Source: a virus. Taken from it: a stretch of DNA of 64,000 nt. The stretch lies in IMG/VR virus record IMGVR_UViG_3300045988_096244. One strand, written 5' to 3'. Positions 1 to 8,247 of this stretch are shown here, piece by piece. The position numbers and the translations under genes are program-made. The first letter of the stretch is position 1, and each line of letters begins with the position of its first letter. Under the pieces are notes generated by a model. That model was not told where the DNA came from, searched no databases, and worked only from the letters and a program-made list of their open reading frames with translations.

Positions 1-110
1 ATAAGTACGTAGAGCTGACCAAATACATTCTTGAACTGAGTGAAATAAATCATTACGAGGATGAAACCACAGTGAAGACCAATACGACTTTCAAAGTGAA
101 ACCTAAATAA
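1..110 (+). CDS. 3' end of an upstream CDS entering from the window edge (...TTFKVKPK*); function unknown
   Basis: Frame open from position 3 to TAA 108-110; next gene starts 8 nt later. Confidence 0.4.
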   Translation, partial: KYVELTKYILELSEINHYEDETTVKTNTTFKVKPK

Positions 111-117
111 AAAAAAA

Positions 118-750
118 ATGGCCGAAGTAAAACAGAACGGTATAGTTGTCAATCCGTCGACAGGTTCTGGTGATACTACTCTCCAAGTAAAAGCTGAAAC
201 CGCCAATCGCGGTAACCGTGTAGCTCAAACTGCAACCTTCGAAGTAGAAGGTACTGGTGTTGCTAAGAAGCAACAGTTCGTAGCAAAACATCTTCCTGCA
301 GCTGAGTTTATCCAGTTCGATAACAAGAGTCCTGCGGTAGACAAGGGTGGTGGTACTATTACCTTAATAGGTAAGTCCAACTCCCAGAAGATTACCTTCT
401 CGAAAGGTACTGGAGATATCATCGATGCCAATATCGCGGCAATCAAGTTCACTGCAAACGGAGCCGAAGCTACGAGCGGTACTGCTATATCGGGTGACCC
501 GGGAGCAAAAGCAAAGTATAGCTTCAGCTTAACTCTGACTGCAGCAGAGAACGAAACCATCGAAGCCCGTACACAGCAGATTATTGCAACGGCAAACGGT
601 GGTCAGAGGGCAACGGCCACTCTGAACCAGACAGCTGGTGACCCATTCATCGAAGTTACACCGACCTCCATCGATGTGCCTCAGGATGGTTCGGCAGTTC
701 AGGTCACTGTGGACACCAACACTACCTTCACAGTTACTCCAAAAGCATAG
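118..750 (+). CDS. virion-associated protein made of Ig-like (BACON/Big-like) beta-sandwich repeats; possible head decoration protein
   Basis: 210-aa ORF with repeated short beta-strand segments (TLQVKAET.., TITLIGKSN.., AVQVTVDTN..TFTV); C/G-ending codon preference like the sheath gene; lies at the head/tail junction. Confidence 0.45.
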   Translation: MAEVKQNGIVVNPSTGSGDTTLQVKAETANRGNRVAQTATFEVEGTGVAKKQQFVAKHLPAAEFIQFDNKSPAVDKGGGTITLIGKSNSQKITFSKGTGDIIDANIAAIKFTANGAEATSGTAISGDPGAKAKYSFSLTLTAAENETIEARTQQIIATANGGQRATATLNQTAGDPFIEVTPTSIDVPQDGSAVQVTVDTNTTFTVTPKA

Positions 751-817
751 GGCTAAGGAGTCTTGGTATAGCAGGGTGGGATATCTCTGCTATGCCCCTA
801 AATTTAACCTTTAATGT

Positions 818-1186
818 ATGGCAAAAATTACTATACCTTGGGATGATGGTTCCGGTGATAGCTTTTACATTGACTACACTGGGATAGAAGGAAGCTCTGA
901 ATCCATTATAACTTCTGATACAAACCTAACCGGCGTAGAAAGAAGGAAAACTTTGGTATTCAGGACTACAACAGCAAATGTAGGTACTGCACAACAGGCG
1001 GAAGCTTACTTAACAGTAGTTCAAAGAACTGACAGCTTGATAGTTGCTATGTTCGAAGGTGTAGTATCTATCTACGATGACAAGAAGGCAGGTTACAAAA
1101 TAGACGAAGCTCAGTACCTAAGGACACAGCTTGGGGGTTACATGAAAACTTTAGAAGACGAGAAAATACAATTAAAAGAGGAATAA
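818..1186 (+). CDS. hypothetical virion-module protein
   Basis: 122-aa ORF tightly packed in the structural operon. Confidence 0.55.
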   Translation: MAKITIPWDDGSGDSFYIDYTGIEGSSESIITSDTNLTGVERRKTLVFRTTTANVGTAQQAEAYLTVVQRTDSLIVAMFEGVVSIYDDKKAGYKIDEAQYLRTQLGGYMKTLEDEKIQLKEE

Positions 1187-1189
1187 GAT

Positions 1190-2341
1190 ATGGCAGAATT
1201 TCATGAGATTGGTAGTTCTCAGTTTACTGAGGTAACTCCAGCTGGTACTGAACAAATTCAGATATCAGCCACACAGAAAACTACTCTGCGGAAGATAGCT
1301 AATCTTTTCAAGGCTATGTCTGCAGCCTTAACAGGGTTCACCCCTCTCGATAGAGGAGCTCCGAGTATAAATTCAAGCTCCACCATACTTCAGGCATTCC
1401 AAGCTCTGTATCAGTTGGTGGGTTCTGCAAAAGTAAAGATACTCGGTAATAATGGGTCTACTCCTGGATTTGTATCCTGGTCGGGTACTACTTGTTATGG
1501 TATTCTGTTTGATACCGCCGGTGAACAAGTGTACATCAGGGACAGGTGGACAATAAGCAATCCTTCAGGGCAAACTGATGCTCAGTGGATAGCTGCTATA
1601 AAAGCCGGTAAGGCCATTAAATTTGGTGGCAGCGGAAGTATAGCTGACTTAAAAATATCGGGTTGGTCGGATATTACTAAGTATGCTGATGTCCAAGACC
1701 CTTACATTATTAATGGGGATACTCTGATAGATGCTCTGAGGAAGTTACAGTGGATGACTGGTAACAACACCATTAAGACCTTTGGTAATATTTCTGGAGT
1801 AGGTATTATGTGGTGGGATGGGTATGCTGAAGCTGACTTATTCACGGCTTTCTACTTCGAAATAGAGACACGTAAGTTGTATATCATTTCTAAAGATAAC
1901 TTCTCTGAATTAGGTGCACAGGCTACCAATGACCGAATTATAAGCTACATTAAACTTAATGGATCTAGTATATACATAGATGATAATTACCAGGCTCCTA
2001 TGACATATACCAATCTTTCTTCAGGGTCTTTAACTCTCGATGGTAGCTCAAGCGTTTGGTATACGGGTAATACTAATCCAACGGTAACTGTCAATGGTAA
2101 TTCGTTTAATGGGAAAAGGCCTACGTCATATTTTATATGCCCATATAATATAACTCCAAACTTTAGATCCTTATCAAATACAAATACAATATTACACCTT
2201 CAGAACTCCCCCACTGTGAGTACCGTTTCAGGTTACAAGGTGTATACTCTGTATTGTCATAAAGTAATACCTACAAGTCAAACTCGTATAGTAGACAATA
2301 CTAAAAGTCACATTTTTATAAACTTAGGTTTCTATAAATAA
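1190..2341 (+). CDS. hypothetical virion-module protein (383 aa)
   Basis: Long ORF starting 4 nt after the previous stop; no motif recognised. Confidence 0.55.
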   Translation: MAEFHEIGSSQFTEVTPAGTEQIQISATQKTTLRKIANLFKAMSAALTGFTPLDRGAPSINSSSTILQAFQALYQLVGSAKVKILGNNGSTPGFVSWSGTTCYGILFDTAGEQVYIRDRWTISNPSGQTDAQWIAAIKAGKAIKFGGSGSIADLKISGWSDITKYADVQDPYIINGDTLIDALRKLQWMTGNNTIKTFGNISGVGIMWWDGYAEADLFTAFYFEIETRKLYIISKDNFSELGAQATNDRIISYIKLNGSSIYIDDNYQAPMTYTNLSSGSLTLDGSSSVWYTGNTNPTVTVNGNSFNGKRPTSYFICPYNITPNFRSLSNTNTILHLQNSPTVSTVSGYKVYTLYCHKVIPTSQTRIVDNTKSHIFINLGFYK

Positions 2342-2353
2342 ACTACATACCAC

Positions 2354-2554
2354 ATGAAAATCTCAAAACTTGGCTGGTTATATATCGGCCTGCTTATTGT
2401 ATCGGTAATAATTTTCTCCTGTATCTGGCGATGGCTGGATAATGGGCTGGTAGCATTCCTGCTCATCATATACCCGATAGCATATTTCATTGCTGGGTAC
2501 TTTGCACATTATCTCAAGATAAAAGCAAAGGCTGACGCAAAGAAGAAGAAATAG
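2354..2554 (+). CDS. small membrane protein (2 predicted TM helices, Lys-rich tail)
   Basis: LGWLYIGLLIVSVIIFSCIW and VAFLLIIYPIAYFIAGYF hydrophobic spans, C-terminal KAKADAKKKK. Confidence 0.5.
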   Translation: MKISKLGWLYIGLLIVSVIIFSCIWRWLDNGLVAFLLIIYPIAYFIAGYFAHYLKIKAKADAKKKK

Positions 2555-2557
2555 GCA

Positions 2558-3070
2558 ATGTCTAGTATCCTAAAAGAACATTCCCATAAAACTAAGTTGG
2601 GCAAGTTCTTGCATACTCTGGTACATATCTTTTTGTATATTTGGCAATTACCACAAAACTTTGCCGGACTTATATACCGGATAGTTCTAAAAGGTGAGAA
2701 AAGAAGCCTTAAACAGAGAAACACTGCTTTCTATGTGGCTCCCACAATGAATGGCGGTGTAAGTTTAGGAAACTACATTTTCCTTTCAGAGAAGTCCGGA
2801 TTAAAGGAGCCGGTATATGACCACGAGTTTGGCCATTGTATACAATCCCGAATTTTGGGCCCATTATATCTACCAACGGTTGGCCTATGTAGTGGCTTGC
2901 ACTGCTTGTTCCACAACAGTGCTAATAACTACTACGACTTTTGGACAGAAAAATGGGCAAACAAACTCGGGGGAGTAGAAGGATATGCTGGTGAGTTCCA
3001 TTATCACAAGGATGGTGTAATCAGAACTGCATATACAGAACTGAAAGCTTTTTACGGTAAACATTTTTAA
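2558..3070 (+). CDS. putative HExxH zinc-metallopeptidase-like protein with hydrophobic N-terminus
   Basis: VYDHEFGHCIQS contains HExxH; N-terminal FLHTLVHIFLYIWQLPQNFAGLIY hydrophobic segment. Confidence 0.4.
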   Translation: MSSILKEHSHKTKLGKFLHTLVHIFLYIWQLPQNFAGLIYRIVLKGEKRSLKQRNTAFYVAPTMNGGVSLGNYIFLSEKSGLKEPVYDHEFGHCIQSRILGPLYLPTVGLCSGLHCLFHNSANNYYDFWTEKWANKLGGVEGYAGEFHYHKDGVIRTAYTELKAFYGKHF

Positions 3071-3073
3071 CAA

Positions 3074-3640
3074 ATGGCAAGGAAGGTTAATATCACACTT
3101 CCCAAAGTATCTGACCTTGTTCTTCAGGTAAAGCTCAATGGTGAATGGCAAAAGGTAGAATCCTTAGTCAGTAACCTTGGGCCAAGTATGCAGAGGGGAT
3201 ATGATAAAGCCGTGAGTAAATTCTCACGCAACCTCCTTGCAATAGTAAAGAAGTCACTAACTTTGGGAATACCACCAGTAGGTGGAGGAGTAACATGGCA
3301 ACCCTTGGCTCCTTCAACTATAGAAAGGTATGGACAACATCCAATCTATAACCTGACTGGCCTGTATTCCAGGTCAGTTGGGTTGTTTAGATATAAATCG
3401 AGGGTTCTAATAGGATTACCCATTGGAACCAGACGCTCTTCACAGAAGAAGCTAACTATGAACCAACTAGCTATGATGTTGGAATTCGGTTCCAATGATG
3501 ATAGGATTCCACCCCGGCCCGTGTGGGCACCATCTCTCAAAGCCGCTGGTGGTAAGAATAAGCTCAAGCAACTTATCCTAACGGAGATACGTAAAGAACT
3601 TCAAAAGTATGGTGTAAGACCCAATCAAGTAAAATGGTAA
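3074..3640 (+). CDS. putative tail-completion / virion morphogenesis protein (Mu gpG / HK97 gp10-like)
   Basis: GGGVTWQPLAPSTIERYG...NLTGLYSRSV resembles the virion-morphogenesis family; position upstream of the sheath gene. Confidence 0.4.
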   Translation: MARKVNITLPKVSDLVLQVKLNGEWQKVESLVSNLGPSMQRGYDKAVSKFSRNLLAIVKKSLTLGIPPVGGGVTWQPLAPSTIERYGQHPIYNLTGLYSRSVGLFRYKSRVLIGLPIGTRRSSQKKLTMNQLAMMLEFGSNDDRIPPRPVWAPSLKAAGGKNKLKQLILTEIRKELQKYGVRPNQVKW

Positions 3641-4332
3641 ATTCTCAGGAAATTATAGAGAGGTCCATATACGTGGCCTTATTAAACATGGCTATAAGGT
3701 TGGGCTATACTATAAACCCAGAAGACTATCTCCCAACAAGTGAAGCGAATGCAAAACGCTTCCAGGAAGACCTCAAAAAGATTACCGATGATAAGGGTTT
3801 CTACGTCGGTATATTTGGAGTGGGTAATAACCACTCCCGAGGTATTAAAGAAACCCCTCGTATCGTAGTTGATTCAGAAGGATTTTATCCTGGAGATATC
3901 GGACTACCGAAACAGGTAATCGAGAAAGAAGAGGGCATAGGCTACACTGCAACAGAAGTAGCCTTTGAAACCCTATCACAATACATGAACATACGGCTGT
4001 GTGCACACTCTGCAGAACACATGAGATTGTTGCATCAGATTATGTTCTGGGCAGTTCCTCAAAGAGGTTACCTAAAACCCTACGATGAGCCCAAGTTTTT
4101 ATTCACGGGGAATATATTCCTCCGGATAGTTAATTTTTATAACATGCCGGATTTGGATAACGGGTTAATGGAAAAGGTATACCAATTTGAAGTACAGGAT
4201 TGCCTCTTAGAGGGAAATACTCCCCCAGAGGTAATTACTCCAATAAAAGATATTTCTGTGCTTCTAGAAAATGCCGATTACACTCTGAAGGTTCCCAAAG
4301 AACCCGACCCCCCCTCTACCACCTATCAATAA
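3634..4332 (+). CDS. hypothetical neck/tail protein
   Basis: 232-aa ORF overlapping the previous stop by 7 nt; position only. Confidence 0.45.
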   Translation: MVNSQEIIERSIYVALLNMAIRLGYTINPEDYLPTSEANAKRFQEDLKKITDDKGFYVGIFGVGNNHSRGIKETPRIVVDSEGFYPGDIGLPKQVIEKEEGIGYTATEVAFETLSQYMNIRLCAHSAEHMRLLHQIMFWAVPQRGYLKPYDEPKFLFTGNIFLRIVNFYNMPDLDNGLMEKVYQFEVQDCLLEGNTPPEVITPIKDISVLLENADYTLKVPKEPDPPSTTYQ

Positions 4333-4392
4333 AGGTTCATACTTTAAGGTTAGTGGGGGTGGCTTCTTTGAATATGCTAACTAATCAAAAGT

Positions 4393-4808
4393 ATGACTAA
4401 AGAAGAGTTAAAACCCAATAACGGAAGTTGTTAGGAAAAACGACATGAGGAATCGTCATGGTAAAAACCTCCATATACTCCTGGGTATTTTGGATTATAT
4501 AGATTCAAATATATCTTCTTATGATACCGATGGCAATGTAGTATTGAAAAAAGAGGTTCAAACTGTTAGGTACTGATGAGAATGGTGATACTTATCTACT
4601 TATTGCCTTAAACCGTTATCCTAGCGAAGACGGTAGTAATAAATATGCTACCGAGGTAGGTTCTACTAAAATACATCTGACTCTGAATACCCGTGAGGAA
4701 TCTAAATAGGGTAACAAGGTTCAGGTAGATACTCCAAGTGGAGAAAAAACTCTGATATATTCAGAGGAGACCCCAAGAATAAAGAATTCAATTAACCTTA
4801 ATCAATAA
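4393..4808 (+). pseudogene. interrupted ~138-codon ORF (two frame changes plus one in-frame TAG) immediately upstream of the sheath gene
   Basis: Pieces: 4393-4434 (MTKEELKPNNGSC*), 4412/4445-4576 (..MRNRHGKNLHILLGILDYIDSN..VRY*), 4548-4709 (..TDENGDTYLLIALNRYPSEDG..ESK-TAG), 4710-4808 (GNKVQVDTPSGEK..NLNQ*). Confidence 0.45.
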
Positions 4809-4812
4809 CAAT

Positions 4813-6687
4813 ATGCCACAGACTCCAAGAGTTAGGTTCAACTTCAAGAACCTAAATGTACAATCGAGTGTGCCTATGTTGGGCGTAATCAACATGGTAG
4901 CTCGTACTACCAAGGGCCCGTTCGAAGACCCTCAGGACCTGATTTCAAGCCCCTCACAGTTCGCTCGCATCTTCGGTTCGGAAATAGTTCCAGATGGTTC
5001 GGTATCGAACATACTTAAAGCCCTTGAAATGGGTGCAAAAGTCCGGGTATCCCGAGTAGCTGGTAAGGGGGCTACTTACGGATGGGCAAAACCCATGACT
5101 GTAACTAGGTCAGAGGGACGGGCAGTATCTTCGGTAACTGTTCCTGACGGGTCTTCCGTAATCTCTATAGTAATCTCCGACCCGAGTGGTGCTGAGAACA
5201 GCCTGACTATGCACATGGCTATCCGTACTAAGGAAGCAGGTTCCCCGGTATTGGATTATACGGGATTAAATCTCAACCGTCCTTTCTATCTGAAACTGAA
5301 TATGTCCACGGAACCAACTCTCCGTGCAAGCATTATTCAGTACGGTGCAAGGGATGAAACCTCCAATGTACCCACTTCTGACAGCATACTTAATGAAATG
5401 CTGTTCTTCTCGGCTGTATCTGCAAACACCGCCGAGGGAGTAACTAACCCATCTATCAACGTGAATACTCTCCAGAACTTCCTGGACAATGCTCCTAATA
5501 TTACCTTCGAAGCCATTAAGGGTAAAGAAGGAGATGGACAGGGTACTATGAAGAGCCTGGCTACCGGTATCCAAACAATGGAAGATATCATATCTATTCT
5601 TCGTCAGTTCTCTAATTGGAACTCGATGATTACTATAGGTAAGATTACTTCCGGAACTGTAGATACCGATGAACCCAGTGATTCAAATGTATACATGGAA
5701 TGCTCGGAGGGTAGTGCAGGTACAACTCCTACGGCTAGTGAGTGGCTTTCGGCTTATCAGGCCAGCAAAGCTTACTACGAAGCATACTCGGTAATCCTTT
5801 CCCATATCCATCAGCATCTGCCCGATGACTACACAAAAGTGTATATATCGGTAGGAACGGATGTTCACAATACGTTCGAGAACATGCTGTATGTGGAGGT
5901 ACCGAAATATACTCCGGGCACTCGTACACCAGCCACGGTAGCAGAGACTCTCTCTGCTCTGAAAGTTCTGGTGCAGGCTATCGGGGCAAAGAAGGAAGTA
6001 GCATACTTCGGCGGTGGTATCAAGTACTACAACGAAAACGGTTCTCTCCATAAATGCGATGTACTTGGTTCGGTAGCCGGACTGGATGCAACATGTGCTT
6101 CTACCTACGGACCGTGGTACTCATTCTCCGGTATGAACCGTGGTGTAATAACCTCGGCACTCGGTCCGGTAATGAAGAACCTCGGAGGTCCTGCTGATGT
6201 AGATACTCTTAACGAGTTCGCTCAGTGGTACATGAACCTGTTCGTAATCAAGAACACTCGTACTCAGGGTCAGCGAACTATGCTTTGGCATGGTTTCACC
6301 TCTAATCCGGTGGATGATTCCGAGAAATTCATTTCCATTGTACGTCTCAACTTGTATCTGAAGAAGAATCTCCGGCCTATTCTGGAGAGCTACATCGAAG
6401 AGCCCAATACCTTCGAGTCGTGGAAAAGAATATACCACGAAGCAAAGGATATTCTGGACGACCTGCAAACCCGCAATGCCATTACCTCATACGAGTGGCT
6501 GGGTGACCAGGATGCTCAGAGCTACGAAGACCTTCAGGTTAACAACGAGGCCGATGTCCGCCAGGGTAAGTACAAGGCTCAGCTGAAGTACAAAGAAGTT
6601 GTTCCAATGCAGGACATAGAAATGGATGTCATCATCGACATTGCTATGAATAAGAGCACCGGTGAAATATCCATCTCTGCCCAGTAA
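4813..6687 (+). CDS. contractile tail sheath protein
   Basis: 624 aa, directly upstream of a gp19-type tube gene; C-terminal sheath-like region (GPWYSFSGMNRGVITSALG..NLFVIKNT..); strong C/G-ending codon bias. Confidence 0.85.
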   Translation: MPQTPRVRFNFKNLNVQSSVPMLGVINMVARTTKGPFEDPQDLISSPSQFARIFGSEIVPDGSVSNILKALEMGAKVRVSRVAGKGATYGWAKPMTVTRSEGRAVSSVTVPDGSSVISIVISDPSGAENSLTMHMAIRTKEAGSPVLDYTGLNLNRPFYLKLNMSTEPTLRASIIQYGARDETSNVPTSDSILNEMLFFSAVSANTAEGVTNPSINVNTLQNFLDNAPNITFEAIKGKEGDGQGTMKSLATGIQTMEDIISILRQFSNWNSMITIGKITSGTVDTDEPSDSNVYMECSEGSAGTTPTASEWLSAYQASKAYYEAYSVILSHIHQHLPDDYTKVYISVGTDVHNTFENMLYVEVPKYTPGTRTPATVAETLSALKVLVQAIGAKKEVAYFGGGIKYYNENGSLHKCDVLGSVAGLDATCASTYGPWYSFSGMNRGVITSALGPVMKNLGGPADVDTLNEFAQWYMNLFVIKNTRTQGQRTMLWHGFTSNPVDDSEKFISIVRLNLYLKKNLRPILESYIEEPNTFESWKRIYHEAKDILDDLQTRNAITSYEWLGDQDAQSYEDLQVNNEADVRQGKYKAQLKYKEVVPMQDIEMDVIIDIAMNKSTGEISISAQ

Positions 6688-6713
6688 AACTAACCAATAA
6701 ATAAGATAATACT

Positions 6714-7181
6714 ATGGCAGGAGCTAAAGTAAAAAACCCGAGGAAGAAGTTTTTATGGCAAATCATATTTGTCAAGCATCCAATAAACGCATTCCTCTTT
6801 CAGAAGGTGGGTATTCCCGAAATAAGTATCGAACAGGTATCACACGGGGATGTAAACTACGATGTAAAAACAGGCGGCCGGGTATCGGTGGGAAACCTAA
6901 CTGCTTCAAAGTTGGAAACAACTTCGGGCTCTGATACCTGGTTATGGGACTGGCTGATGTCGGTTCAGGATATGCTGCTCGGTGGAGGTTTAACCCCAAG
7001 TCAGTATAAGGAAACAGTACTCATCAACGAGCTGGCCGAGGATGGAGTATCTATCCTTAACTCTTGGACTTGTACCGGAGTATGGCCTTGCAAAGTAAAT
7101 GGACAGGACTTAGACCGAATGAGTTCGGACAACACTCTGGAGGAAATTGAGTTCTCTGTAGATACTTGCGAGAAGCTGTAA
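6714..7181 (+). CDS. tail tube protein (T4 gp19 / PVC-type tube family)
   Basis: 155 aa; FLWQIIF..F.KVGIPEISIEQV..Y..KTGGRVSVGNLT..LWDW..SWTCTGVWPCKV..DLD..SDNTLEEIEFSVD matches the conserved tube pattern. Confidence 0.8.
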   Translation: MAGAKVKNPRKKFLWQIIFVKHPINAFLFQKVGIPEISIEQVSHGDVNYDVKTGGRVSVGNLTASKLETTSGSDTWLWDWLMSVQDMLLGGGLTPSQYKETVLINELAEDGVSILNSWTCTGVWPCKVNGQDLDRMSSDNTLEEIEFSVDTCEKL

Positions 7182-7194
7182 TAAGTTAATCACC

Positions 7195-7230
7195 AAGGGA
7201 GAGCTTTGCAATGAACTCTCCCTTTTTTCG
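7195..7230 (+). terminator. rho-independent terminator after the tube gene
   Basis: aagggagag(7195-7203)/ctctccctt(7216-7224) stem followed by a T6 run. Confidence 0.7.
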
Positions 7231-7276
7231 TTATCAAAGATTATATTAATCGGAATACACTTAACAACTCAACAAC

Positions 7277-8065
7277 ATGGAAGACCAAACCCTTTACGGT
7301 AAGAAATTTACCTTCAAACTCCCCAGCGGTTACGAAGTAACCATAAGGGAACAGAATGGAGAGGATGATGACATCCTCTCAAACCCTGTAGATGCCAGAA
7401 CATTTATGAACATATCTAAATTCATTTCTGGTATCGTAACTGACACAGACATTACAGCAAATAGATTGCTGAGTGCAGAGGATGTACAGAAGATGCCCTC
7501 ACTTGACCGGTATGCAATCATGTTGAACTCACGAATCTTCTCATTGGGCAAGATTCTTGATTTCAGTTATGATTTGGAAGGCCCAGCAGAGGGTCAGGTA
7601 CGAACCCTAGATTACGAAGTAGACCTTCAGGAAGAGTTCCTCTTCGACTACGGTACAATCCCAACTATGGAAGAGATGGAAGCAAAGCCCAATGCAATTC
7701 CTTTCTATCCGGTACCAAAGCAAAGCAAGGGTATTCAGATAACTACCAAAAGCGGTAAAGAGCTTTGCTTCGACCTACTCAGTGCAGAGGGTGAATCCTA
7801 TGTAATGAATCTTCCAGCAAAGGAGAGAACGAAGAATCAGGAACTGGTTGCACGTAACCTCCAACTGAAGGTGGGAGAAAACTACGAGCCGGTAAAGAAC
7901 TTCCGACTTTTTTCTTCTCAGGATATGATGGATATCCGTTCTGCAGTCAAAGGCATGGACCCCGTATTCAACGGTACTACTCAAATCGAGGACCCGGAAA
8001 CGAAACAGAGAATCATGGTACCGGTAATGGCTGTGGATAATTTTTTCTACCCCAGGGAGAGCTAG
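7277..8065 (+). CDS. putative tail assembly chaperone (zero-frame product)
   Basis: Sits between the tube and tape-measure genes; acidic 262-aa protein; slippery heptamer 18 nt before its stop. Confidence 0.55.
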   Translation: MEDQTLYGKKFTFKLPSGYEVTIREQNGEDDDILSNPVDARTFMNISKFISGIVTDTDITANRLLSAEDVQKMPSLDRYAIMLNSRIFSLGKILDFSYDLEGPAEGQVRTLDYEVDLQEEFLFDYGTIPTMEEMEAKPNAIPFYPVPKQSKGIQITTKSGKELCFDLLSAEGESYVMNLPAKERTKNQELVARNLQLKVGENYEPVKNFRLFSSQDMMDIRSAVKGMDPVFNGTTQIEDPETKQRIMVPVMAVDNFFYPRES

Positions 8066-8211
8066 AGGATGTATATTTATACATAATAAAGGCAAAGATT
8101 AGTATTGACTTTAATACTCTAGCAAAACTCCCCTGGCGGCGCAGGAAGAAATTTATAGAAGCCGCCTCCAATTATTATGAACAACTTGAAAAGGAGAGGG
8201 TCCATTCTTAG
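7277..8211 (+). CDS. frameshift-extended chaperone (join 7277..8047, 8047..8211)
   Basis: The -1 frame is open from 8041 to TAG 8209-8211 and adds 54 aa (LPQGELEDVYLY..KKFIEAASNYYEQLEKERVHS), ending 37 nt before the tape-measure start. Confidence 0.5.
8041..8047 (+). promoter_or_regulatory. -1 programmed frameshift slippery heptamer T_TTT_TTC
   Basis: Zero-frame codons aat ttt ttc (8039-8047); X_XXY_YYZ phasing is exact. Confidence 0.55.
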
Positions 8212-8229
8212 GGCCCTCTCTCTTTTGTT
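8193..8229 (+). terminator. hairpin plus T-tract between the chaperone and tape-measure genes (terminator or attenuator)
   Basis: gagaggg(8194-8200)/ccctctc(8214-8220), extendable via cc/gg, then tcttttgtt. Confidence 0.5.
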
Positions 8230-8247
8230 CGTTAAATCTGAAACTAT

